Shown here piece after piece: positions 48,805 to 60,700 of a stretch of 64,000 bases of DNA. The notes below the pieces were generated by a model. The model was not told the origin of the DNA, made no database searches, and saw only the letters and a list, made by a program, of their open reading frames with translations. Source of the DNA: Xylographa opegraphella (Eukaryota); contig JALDZX010000006.1 of NCBI GenBank assembly GCA_022813865.1, forward strand, positions 310,001 to 374,000, written 5' to 3'. A program made the position numbers and the translations under genes. How positions within the stretch are numbered: the first letter of the stretch is position 1; each line of letters begins with the position of its first letter.

Positions 48805-50780
48805 CTACTCAGCTCCACACAGTATACCCCGCAGTAAATTACCTCCAGGTCCATCCAAACATCCTTCAAGTTCCATCTCGCTAACGCAGCTCACGATTGC
48901 CTTGTCCTCTGCTCGCAATATCTTCTTGCTTGGCGTCAGCCTCGCCAGTCCCAGCCTCATTGCCCCCCTTCCATTGCCCCCTTGAACGAGAGTCAGGGTC
49001 TCAAGATTCCCAATCACATCTGCAAATTCAGTCGTTGACAGTGGATGTAGTGCATTGTCCCGCCTGCACAATCCACAGTACATCTCGTAAATTTTGCGGA
49101 TGGTAGGTGCTGCATTTGCCGACTTTGATGGGGTGGCGGCGAGGTCCTGTTTGAGCTTCAGAGTTTTCTTTTCTAGCGCGACAAGCGAGCAGAGGGCCGC
49201 TTTCTGTTGAAGGTTGAGAGATTGTAATCGCTGTGGTGTGCCATGGTTGAACGCAGAAGCCGTTACGCGTGCAACGTGTGCAATGGAAGCGCGTGGGGCA
49301 TTCTCCGGTGTGATTTTGGATAGAGATTGAGCCAAAGTCATCTGTGGCTGCTTGGTAGAGCGCGATGGTGAACATGGCGACGACAAATTCATGTTTTCGA
49401 CAAGAGGAGCTTTTGAGGGACTGCTCCGCAGATTGTGCGACTCCAATGTTTCAAGATGCTTCTGTCTTGTCTCGTTCTCGACAAGATCGATTGCACGTCG
49501 GACTATATCGAACGCCTTTCGTAGGTCGCCCGTCTGAGAAGCTACTTTCTTCGAGCAGAATTGGATAGCGGCTGGATGAACGAAGGGAATGTAATCCGGT
49601 GAAGCAGCGTCGCGTGTAAGTAATGATTGGAGCTTTGCGGTAATTACAGATGCAATCTGAGGCACAGTGTACGGTAGAAAAGGTAGAAGCTGCGGCCTGA
49701 GGTTCTTGGCCTTCAGACGTGGCAGAAAGCGGTCCGTGAGATCAAGCGCGTTGGCAATTCCAATGAGTATGAGTCGTGATGAGCCTCCACCACGGAATGT
49801 ATTATCGAATACTCGAGGTCCGTCCGCCAAAGACCACTCGAATAAGTTGTAGAGGATCTCCAGATCCAGCGTTAGTAGATGATCGATCTCATCCAGAACG
49901 ACTATGTAAGTCTGACCAGAAGTCTTCTTCCTGGGAAGGAACAGGGTTTTCAAAGCCGCCGAGCTATCGATCCCGGATACTAATTTATCCCCAGCAAGAT
50001 CGTGTATGAGCTTTCCGAAAATATCCTCGGAACTCTTGACGCTCATACAGTTGATATAGGCCATCCGAACCTCTTTGGATAGGTCAAGACCTCCACAAAC
50101 TTCGCTGACTAGCGCACTTTTGCCCGTCCCTGGGGGGCCGCTTACATACATACAGCGACCCGACTTGGAAGCGATCCCTGCGCTTATAAAGGCATCCAGT
50201 TCTGCACGCTCCGTTTCTCGTCCAACAAGACGGCCTGGGTCAGCACTCCGGACGAAAAGCTGTCTTGCTGAAGCATATATAGTCGGCGCGTTGCTTGGAG
50301 TGATTGGGGTTCTTGGAGTTTGAGGTCTGCCGGCTGTAGTAATTCTGTGCCTGGGGGTGATGGGTATTTTTTTGGAAAGAGCATTCCGTTGCCTCGGAGT
50401 TTTGGGAGTGGAGGGCTGCACCTTCTCATCACATTCATCTGTATACTTTAGCAAGCGGCTGATTTGTCCAGTACGCTGAACTTACGCGTCACGGTCTTTG
50501 TACTTCGAAAGATCCCATTGATCTTAGCAGCACGTGAAGCACTTCCTCGAAGTTTAGAAGCATACTTTGAGAGGCCACTGGTCTGCTGGATCGAGCTGCT
50601 AGAGACGATGAACGGATTCGCGAGCTCATTCGATCCCCATCTGTTGTCCAGAGTCGCGTCATTCTCGTCATGTTGTTCAAAGGCTGGAACAACGTTCTCG
50701 TCGTTGTCTCGGTCGATAGCTTGACGTTTTGGAGAAGGTGCGCAGGTGGCATCGAAGTCGCTTTCTCTCTGTCTTTTCAT
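48805..50780 (-). CDS. CDC6: Replication licensing AAA+ ATPase Cdc6/Cdc18
   Basis: Walker A GPPGTGKS, Walker B LDEID, IANALDLTDRFL, GDLRKAFD and S/TP CDK sites. Intron 50485-50439; start inferred at ATG 50780. Confidence 0.93.
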
Positions 50781-51171
50781 TTTGGGTGTCTGTTCTGGAA
50801 GGTACGCTGTTGGAATCTGTTGAGGCAAGTGAAGCCGTCTGAGAACGCGAACCCTGGCAAAGTCCCGTGTTAGCGCGTGTACTCGGGCGCGCCACTTTCG
50901 ACGAAAAATACCGGCGAAACCTCGTTCGCAGTCCCGAATGTTTGCACTCTTCTATGTTTATCCGGCCGGTGTGGCTGAAGATTTTATGCAAATGCGCAGC
51001 ATCAGCTGTATCTTGGCTTGGCTGCTACCCAATTCCAGTATGTCATTTACGTAGGCACCATTCAGGACTCTGTCGGAAATAATTTCTCTGCTCTCGTACT
51101 GCTATCTCACATTTGAGGCTTCAATAATGGCGCATGCAACCTTGCGCACTCATATTCCGTTGCATGCGCTA

Positions 51172-54085
51172 TCAAAAGTCCATGGGCTTGTCACTCAACT
51201 CCACACCCTGCACTTTCTCTGACTCCGCGCTTGCCGTGGATTGCGCACCAAGACTAACAACACTGTCCCTCTTGACAGCATGCCTAGCGATCATACCCAA
51301 TCCGGCTCCTGAACCGGAACCAGAGCCATGAGCTTTCCTATTCAGTCGGTTTGTCGCAGCCGCAACCCGTCCGGATCTTCCCAATGAGTTCTGCTTTTCA
51401 ATTCCTTTATTGTTCTCCTGACTACGTGTCTCATCTGCAGGGGCTGAAGACGTGGGAATAGCATGCTCAGATGTTCCATTCGCTGAAATGTCCTCGGGAA
51501 GGGGCTTCGAAGGAAGTGTTTGCGTTGACGTTTGTAGCACATCGGGAGGGTATGCGTTGCTGGGGTTCTCATCAGGGACTTCTAAGCTGTGCCGCATCCC
51601 TCGTTTATTTGTATCCGATGTAGCTGATGGACTTGTCTGTATCGGAAACCTGGTCACAGCTCCTCCAGTAGACCTGTCTCGACGATGCCCGAGACCGTTG
51701 ACCGCCGCAGAAGGGGCAGGGCTGTGAGCACGTGATCTGTTCATGATAGCTTGATTCCTGGCTTCCATGTTCGCACGTCGATTGCTCTCATCTGTGCTGC
51801 TAGGAGCGCGAGGTCTGGGATTTCCTGAAGCGGATAGTGAGTGATTTTGAGAGCTAGCTCGTTTTAATTCGCCAAAGATTTCTTCTTTATGATCGAAAAG
51901 ATCTCTAATCAATCGATAGGAGTGGCGTTCGTGCACAGTCAGAGACGTATCAACTCGAGGACGGAGTATACATGGAGCGAGGGTTTGTGCGAGCGAGGTA
52001 ATGAAAGGCTCATCGGCAGATGTGAGCTCAATTAGCCGAGTGAAATGTGTAGTTATAGCGTCCAGAGTTGCAATATTGGCAAGGCGAAGCTGACCTAGAG
52101 TGTTCTGGAGCACAGAAATGCGGGTATGATCAGAAGAAGCGGAGTCCGGGCTTGAGTATATTGTCTTGATGATTTCATAGACCTGGGAAGATACAAGGGA
52201 GTCTAATCAATGATCAGCTTAACCAGTGGACCCTATTCAGAATCGACCGCTTATCTTACCAGGTAGCTCGAGAAGGTATAATTTTAAAACACTCGCAACA
52301 ATGGGTATCTCGTATCTCTCTAGTATTTCACGTGGAATTGCTTTACCAGTATTGATCAGGTGTCGAAGGTGATGTGTTGCCGCAAGAGGAACATCAACAA
52401 TCCAAATGCCTCGCCGTGCCTCATCACCTTCAAGATCGGGATAATCTGGGACATCTTGTTAGCTCGATACCTGACAATGCAGATTGATTACTGACGATTA
52501 TCAAGGAAAGTAAGAATTGTAGTCACAATCATGGGTACCCGTTTCCGATCATGCCGAGCACGGGCCTCTAAATCGACCCCAAAGGTTTGCTCTAAAGCTA
52601 CTTAGCATCATTATCCACAAAACAGTATACAGAAACCCACCATCAACATTGTTGTAGTAGTTATCATATACCTGAACTTTCGGTGCGAACGCTCCTGTGC
52701 GATAGTTCTCAAGCAGATAGCGCAAGTCACCAGGTGGCTGAACCGTTTCCTGATAAAGCATCATATTGTCTACGGTGCTTTGTAGACTTGGTATGACATT
52801 GCTTATTGACCCCGAGAAATCTAGCATTACTGCTTTAACAGCCTTGAGCCGATCCAGTTCGCAGCGTTCCATAAATCTCAGATGATCAATCATAGCTTCC
52901 TCCAGTGTACATCGTAGATGATCAAGTTTTCGCACTCCTGCTTTGTATCTTTCATCCGCGTCACGCGCCTCTCTCTGTAATTTCTCGATAGGGGTTTCAT
53001 TCGGAAAAGTATTATTGAGCGGGATCCAGCCAGATAGTATTTCGCCCATTGATCCAATGACTGGCGAATCCCCATTCTCTGCTATTGATCCACCGGAAGA
53101 GATGCGTTCAATCTTACGCTTCTCTGGAATGTTTGTGATTTGAAAAACCTTGGGGCGCCATTGGTAATTCAGCTTGGAGCTATTTGCAAATATATTACCG
53201 ACATTGCCGACCAGCCTGAGAAACCCGTGTTTAACAAGATCCTGGCCTATCCTTTCAGCGAAGCTAATGCTCGAAGCGCCCATCTCCTTTTGTATATATT
53301 CGACGATGTCTGCGCCTGTAGACACGTTTTGATAAGTACCTAGGAACGATACCTTTGTCTCACCAAGCTTAATGGAGTTCAACATGCTTGTCAGCATTTT
53401 CTTCACTTGATCTGGTGTGTGCATCTCATCGCCAATTTCAATGGGCTCGAGTTCCTCGGGGTCTTCTGTTTCGATCAATTTGATGGTGGGTGTTTTCGGT
53501 GGAGGACTGCTGGGTTCCTTCTCAGGATCCTGGAACGCCAGCTTGTTCTCCTCCTCCAGATCTTCAACCTGGCGGCATTTGTTAAAATATGAGCTTCTGA
53601 GCTTCCTCACGACCTCGGCTTGTCTGTCATGTGCCCTAATACGACTTTGGAGATCGTCTTGGGAATTACGGACACGGGACTCATGTGCGTCGCACCATCG
53701 TGAGAAGGGGAGAACCACGAGTTCGCTGATATTCGAGGCGATCTTTCTGTGATTTTTAGCCGCTTCTTGCATCTCGCCACGAACACCCTCGTAGGCCTGG
53801 AGAAGTTCAAAATGTTAGCTACTATCCTGCTTGATTACCAAAGTAGCTCAGACGAACTTTTCGTAAACTTGCACCCTCATCTCGGGCGAATCCCCCAGTC
53901 ATCTTGTCCGTAGTCGGCACTATATCCGCAAGTCGCTTCCCATATTGCTCTTCTGTATCAGCCCGCATCTTAGCAATAGTAAGGACTTGCTGGTTTTCCA
54001 CTATGCCCTGCTGAAGTTTGCCAAAGAGCACGCCAAGTCCTCCGGCATAGTCATGCGACCAGAATGAGTCCGCAAAGCCCGGCAT
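51172..54085 (-). CDS. RGD2: F-BAR/DEP/RhoGAP protein (Rgd2/Rga8-like)
   Basis: MPGFADSFWSHDYAGGLGVLFGKL, DEP-like AERIGQDLVKHGFLRLVG and C-terminal GAP-like LAPCILRP. Multi-exon. Confidence 0.85.
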
Positions 54086-54719
54086 CTTAACAGATGGTGA
54101 TCACCAAGGCAGTCTTGGCTTGAATCCCAGATAACAGCAATGTTTGTGGAAGATGCCACTCCAGTCGGGTCGCTAACCTTGTCGTCAATACAATGAGGAG
54201 TAATGGATAGACCTAAGCGGAGCTTCGGACTATATAGTTGGCAGACATTATAGATAGTTGAAGACAGACCGTTGCGCTCAAGATCGAGCCGCTCGTGATT
54301 GGATGCTCAGGTCTTCAAGAAGATGTCTCGATCGGGAACAAACAACTTCAAAGTATGCTCCCAGTACTGGTCAGAACTATTAGCGGTTGCTGAGCGATTG
54401 AAACATTGAGATAACTTGTTTCCTCGAAAGCTGCACAGTTGCTACCTACAGCGCATCGAAATGTGAAGATCTGGGCTCCTTTCCGTTCTATCACTACACC
54501 TGTTTGATATGGCCACGTCCTTGCTACCCCGGGTGCACTCCTGGCTAGTGCGTGCAGGGGGTTGAGTAAAATGCAAGGCCGTCTGGAGGGGTAGATAAAG
54601 ACCTCTGATTTGTCAAGCTCAAGTCGATGTCTCATGACACTGGAAGTTGAAGAAATCGCCACTATGCACACCTTCTAATATGAACATGAAACCTAAATAT
54701 TGTCATATAACAGAACAAA

Positions 54720-56424
54720 ATGGTTACTGAACAGGATCCTCTTCTGCCTCGCGACAAGCCTGCTCCAGGTGAGTTTTCTATCCTTGAATACCTACCAATT
54801 GTAGGCAAAATACTGACCTTGTCGCATCAACAGAAATAACTGGCTATGGCTATTCAAGAGAAACCAGTGACCAGTATGATTACTCTCGGCAAGATAGAGA
54901 GGACGAGGCGGAGACGGCTCCGTCAAGCATCGCTTCACCTCTTTTAACTATTTTTGGTCTATTCACAATCATTATAGGCTTCGCGCTCTTGATCGCCGTC
55001 CTTGTGCCAGGGGGCATTGACCTTCACTGGGGTGACACTAAAAATGAGACTCTATCTATCAAGGCTCGAGTAGATAAGATCCTATCTGAGAATCCTCTCA
55101 TAGGTACCTCTAAAGCTGGCGCTCAATACAGCATAATCAGCAATCTGACGAGATGTAGATGGCCATAATGACCTAGCCATAATGGTTCGATATATATACA
55201 ATAATAAAATATATGATGAAAGATTCACGGAGCCATTTGAAAAGGGAGGGCTGAAATTTCACGTTGATCTACCACGACTCAAAGAAGGAAGATCTGGAGG
55301 AGCGTTTTGGAGTGCTTATGTCGGATGTCCCAAGAATGGCACTGACTTCTCAGACGCAAACTACGCGGAAGGTTAGTCACAAACGCAGGTCGACCTTGAA
55401 AACCATCTCCACTCCTCTTCTTATAACAACTGTCCCTTCAAAATTCATATGTGGCTACATCATCGCTAAATTTCTCCTAGCTGTTGCCACTACTCTCTCC
55501 CAAATCGACCTCCTCCGCCGACTGACCAACTCGTACCCAGAAGTCTTTTCTTTTCCAACCGCTAACAGCACTGCGGCAGCGTCCGCTTTTGCCGCAAGTG
55601 GAAAATTAATCTCGCCAATTGGAATTGAAGGCCTCCATCAGATCGGAAATTCTTTTTCGAATCTTAGACTCTTCGAATCTCTTGGAGCACGTTACGCCAC
55701 ACTTACCCACAATTGCCATAACAAATATGCTGATGCTGCCCTCATAACAAACTCTTCAGGCGCTACAGTACTCGCGCCAGCGTATTGGGGAGGTGTGTCG
55801 AAGGAAGGGCAGAGACTTATTCAAGAAATGAATCGTATTGGTATGGTGGTCGACATTTCACATGTCAGTGCGAACACAATGTTGGATGTGCTTGGTGGAC
55901 GGCCAGAAAAGTGGAGTGGCAGTGCTTCACCCGTAATGTTCAGTCACAGCTCGGCATATGCTCTATGTCCACATCCTCGAAATGTCCCCGACGACATTTT
56001 GAGGCTTGTCAAGAGAACGAACTCGATCGTGATGGTAAATTTCTCGCCAGATTTTGTTTCTTGTGTGGCATCGGACGCGTCTTCCGGACTCCCAGCCCTT
56101 TACCCACCAAACTCAACGTTACTACAAGTAGCAAGACACATCACCTATATCGGCGACATGATTGGGTACGATCATGTAGGGATTGGGAGCGATTTCGACG
56201 GCATTTTCGACACCCCGGAGGGATTGGAAGACGTCAGCAAATTTCCGGACCTGGTAGCGAAACTGCTAGAACTAGGCGTCTCCGACGACGATGCCGGTAA
56301 AGTAGTTGGAAAAAACATCCTTAGGGTTTGGGCTGATGCGGAACGAACTTCTGCAAAAATGCAAGAGTCGGGCATTCTGCCTGCGGAAGATGAAGTCCAA
56401 ATGCATTTCCTCGAACATAGGTAG
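54720..56424 (+). CDS. Membrane-anchored M19 (renal-type) dipeptidase
   Basis: Introns ~54769-54833, 55104-55158 and 55372-55480. N-terminal TM segment, DGHNDL, GIEGLH, TLTHNC, DISH, FSHS and GSDFDG. Confidence 0.92.
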
Positions 56425-56621
56425 TGTCAAATATGACGCGACCAACTTCTCGTGCAAATAGTGTAGATAGTGTGAAGACAACTTTTTCAGGCCCCGACAG
56501 GCTTTTGAGCCAGTAATGCAATACTTGTGTGACCAACACGATCAAATCAGGTTGGCGAGTAACGCGTACTGGTGATCTTTCCTCGTGCAGGAATAAAATA
56601 GAGCTTGAGTCCGCATGTAGT

Positions 56622-57257
56622 TCATCGGGTTTTGGCCAAAGCCAAGGTCGTACCCTCTACAATCGTCTGCCATTCCACTACATGGATTCGTTGCTCCAAG
56701 TCTTCCAGACTCTCACCATGCCTTAGCTCGATTTCTTTTAGTATTATTGGTTCTCCCATGTCGACTGCAGAAATCACGTAGTGTATCATGACCCCAGTTT
56801 TTGTGATTTCCTGTCGGTGGAAAGCTCGGTAGGCTCTGCTTATAGCATCGACACCATTGAACTGTCCTGGAAGAGCAGGATGAAGGTTGATGATCGGCAC
56901 GCCCGCTTCTTGAAGCGGGCGCAGGAATTTATTCGTAAGTATGTGCATAAAGCCAGCACACACTACTAGATCAGGAGTATTCTTCAATACCATTTCCGCC
57001 AGGTCTGCGTCGTAGATCGCCCGAACATTCTCGACGCTCTGATCTCCGTATTGCTTCTTGTACTTCAGTAGATTATGGTACGAGGTCTTAATCCCTGCCT
57101 TTGCGGCTCTTTGGAGCCCATAAGCATCCTTACGATTGGAGATGACATGGACGATATGGGCATTAGAAATTTCAGAATTGGCGGCTGCATCAATAAGAGC
57201 TTGGAGATTGGTTCCATTCCCAGAGATCAGGACTAGAATCCGCTTATAGGCCGTCAT
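56622..57257 (-). CDS. ADE8: Phosphoribosylglycinamide formyltransferase
   Basis: VLISGNGTNLQALID, CAGFMHIL, INLHPALP and TGVMIHYV..VDMG. Intronless. Confidence 0.95.
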   Translation of the reverse strand: MTAYKRILVLISGNGTNLQALIDAAANSEISNAHIVHVISNRKDAYGLQRAAKAGIKTSYHNLLKYKKQYGDQSVENVRAIYDADLAEMVLKNTPDLVVCAGFMHILTNKFLRPLQEAGVPIINLHPALPGQFNGVDAISRAYRAFHRQEITKTGVMIHYVISAVDMGEPIILKEIELRHGESLEDLEQRIHVVEWQTIVEGTTLALAKTR

Positions 57258-57767
57258 CACCGTCGGTATTTGACGATCGATGCTGTTCAACTAGGACATT
57301 CCAAAGCATGAATGGAAAACGTCCACAATCGGCAGCACGGAGTGAATGCAACGATGGCAGTAAGGGCAGAATATATATTATGATAATACTCTGTGAGAAA
57401 TAATTGTGAGAATCGTTGTTGCGTTACTGCGCGATTGCAATTTTGGCTGGGTGATGTGCAAACTTGAGTGCCAAGATAATATACGGTTTGTGCATACCTA
57501 AAACATTATGCTCTCCTATCCTATCCTAAGCGAACTCCGGCTTGCCGCCCGTAGCGCTTGAGCTGTAAAATACACTAGGTAGACTATCGTCATTTATTGA
57601 TACGATGACTAAAGCACGATATCAGATCGACGTATGCACATTCTGCCTATTTTCAAACAGAAGTTAAGTGGTGTCTCGTCACAGATTTTCTACCTACTAT
57701 AACCTTGGGAATCAAGTCCACCACATAATGACAGGAAGAGTCGAGCAACCTACTCCGCTCATACAGA

Positions 57768-60700
57768 ATGTCTCGTTCAACGATAACAGAGACTCCAGAG
57801 GCGAAGGAGCTCGCTTTGGTGGGAAAAGTCGAGCTTCGGATCGCTTTGACGGACTCAGACTCAAAGCTTGAATCCATTTTGAACACATATCTTGCTCCTT
57901 TACTCCTCAAACTCGCTTCAGACCACGTCAGCGTCCGCAACAAAGTAAGTTAACGCAAAATAACGTCCTAGATCAAGCTGGCGGAGTATGCAATTTTCAG
58001 CGTATTGCTAGGTTGGTAGTCGGATATTGTGACTGACCTAGGATACCATCCAGGTCATCGCCGTATGTCAACATATCAATACTAGGATAAAACCACCGTA
58101 CGTCTGCTCTTCCTTTCTCTAAGCTGTAGACTATACATTTTAACGGTCTCCCTATTCTTGTAACATATATGTACTATTGTGTCTGAACGCAAATACTCCA
58201 CAGTCCTGCATATGAACCAAATTTTGCTGATCATATCTCAGCTCGGTTAAGCTCCCTGTTGCAGCTCTTGTGAGGCAGTACAAGGATTGTCATAACACAA
58301 TCGTACGTCACTTTGATCTTCTTTACATCCAGCAGGGAATCGAACGACTTCCAGTTCAGGTATGTGGTTTCAACACTGTCCTTATGTTATCCTGGTTTGG
58401 TAGTGCTTCACCGTGCTATCCACCCAAGCTACAATCGAGACAGCCAACTCCGCTTTATTTCAGTCCATGATGAACTCGAAATTAAAATATCTGGTGGTGG
58501 TCGCATATTGCTAACACGGTCGTCAAGGAGCGCTTAGATTTGCTTCCAGCCTTAATCCATGGACTTGCCGATAATTTTGAGGAGTCTCCGTCACACACAG
58601 CAAGTCTCTTCAACGTGATTTTAAAGCTGCTGCATCATTTAGTTCTACCACCACGCGGAAGTACTGAAGATGTCGATCTTAGACTTAGGCTTGGGCTTGA
58701 TGAAAGAGTCCTCGACGCAGAATTTGTGGCCTCATGGTTGGGAAAGATTATCTTATTCACACCATCCGCGTCTGGAACTAAGAGTTGTCCTGGACTCAGT
58801 GCCGGAGATTGTGATTTTTTGAAGCTCTATGGCAAGAGTGACATATGGACCTTGGGTGGTCCAGGGAATACCTCGAGCGGCATGAACCTGACCGAGACAA
58901 AAGTGATCTCGGCCAAGTTTCTCTCAAGCGGCGCTTTTACTGAGGTGGAGCGCTTCTTACCCGCGTTGTATGCTTCTGCCGATTCGAATTCCCGACTTTC
59001 GGACATTGGCGAAGATATGCTGAAACGCGCAACTCCTGTTGTATCTTTGGAAGATCAGAATCTTCTGACTAAACTTTTCAAAGTCTATCTTGGAACCCGC
59101 GGTGCAACAGGCTCCCTTCCAGCTCGTCGTTCTCTCCAGACAAAAATACTTGCGCTCTTTTCTAGATCGAGAGAAGCTACCTGTTTTGTGGCTGAAATAC
59201 TTCAAATTGTCAAGGAGGCTCTCGAGCCACAGAGTCAGAGTCATGACCCTGTAGTCTCTCAGCATCCTGGGACAGCTCCAAAGCAAGGTCTTGATCTCGC
59301 CAAGCTTCGTGCTCAAATTTTCGCATTCACGAACTGGGTCGCTCGGATGGGCTCTCAGGTGTCTCTCAGCGCTCTCGCACCAACTTTAGTCACTGATCTT
59401 CGGACATATATCGAAGCTCAAGGTTGGCCCCGAATTCATAGCGAAAGCCCCGGTTTAAATATGGGAGAATTGAGCTCTCGAAGCTATTGTTATGAAAGTA
59501 TAGGACTTTTGGCAAAGGCATGCCCAAGAGACCTCTTAGTGGAACCTCATCTCAACCTCCTCCGGTGGCTGTTCAGCTCACTAAGTGCGGACACGTCAGG
59601 GATAGATATATCTATCAGTATTGAACAAGCCTTAAGCAGCATGCTGAGTCCCTTCACTGAGAATACAGACAAAGATATAGAGAACGCACTGACTGATTTA
59701 TTGCTTCACAACATGAGTCAGAAAATCGGCGAAACAGGCGAGGATGGCAATATTATTGTCCGGTCAACTCGATACATTGCCGTCCGCTTCGCCAACCGAT
59801 GTTTGCCGTTCCACAGTGTGAAAGCTCGATTATTAGATGTGCTGGCTCAAACGGACGGACCACGCGAACGTGGAGAAGTGCTGGAAGAGGGTCAACGAGG
59901 CCTTAATCCATATTGGTACCGCAATTTGAATCCTTTCGGGGATTCGCCGGCTTCTAGAAGTGATGCCTCGGAGAGTTCTAGATATAAAATGCCTAACTTT
60001 GTTGATTTGTACCTGGAGTTTTTTGTGGACCAAGGCACGTCAGCAACCGTACGCCAACGGCTAGGCTTCGGCTATAGTCCTGCGATTACTTTCTGCCGCT
60101 GCGTTCTATTACATGAAGCCCTTAGTTCCAAAGACAAATCACCAATCATTGATGCCGAATGGAAAAGGAAAATAGATGCTATGATGACGAACGATGAAAC
60201 AGGGCGCATGGAAATCAAAAACTACTTGAAGAATATGTGCTCTACGGCCGATGAGCATAACTATTTATCAAAATTTCTTCACGCCGCTCTTGAGGGTTTC
60301 ATAGATCCCGGTCTGGGCGATTCAGACAACTGCGGTACTTGTCTTCTCGAAATTTGCTCCCTTGGGCCAGACCATGTCTTAGACGAGATGGCTTCTCAGG
60401 TTTCTAGACTTAAAGGTACTATTTTTGCAAATCGTCATTCTTCAAGAATGATAGCGAGTCACACCTTTGGAATTCTGGCTTCACGAGGAGCAAGCTCATC
60501 TGCAGACGTAGAATCTCTACTCCATCAATTCTCCAAGAAGATCGAGAAGTGGAATGATTCTGTCGGATCGGAGGTGCATGAGGTACACGGCTCGGTTCTC
60601 TCGACTGCCTACTTACTCTCTCGAAGAAAATATCTCAAAAATGACTATAGTTTTAAGGGCGTTGACGATTTAGCCTTCGTCAGGTTGATTCTTACTATTC

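Noticed and set aside
54720..56424. GliJ-type dipeptidase indicating an ETP toxin cluster
   Set aside because: It has an N-terminal membrane anchor and sits among housekeeping genes, with no NRPS, GST or thioredoxin-reductase neighbours.
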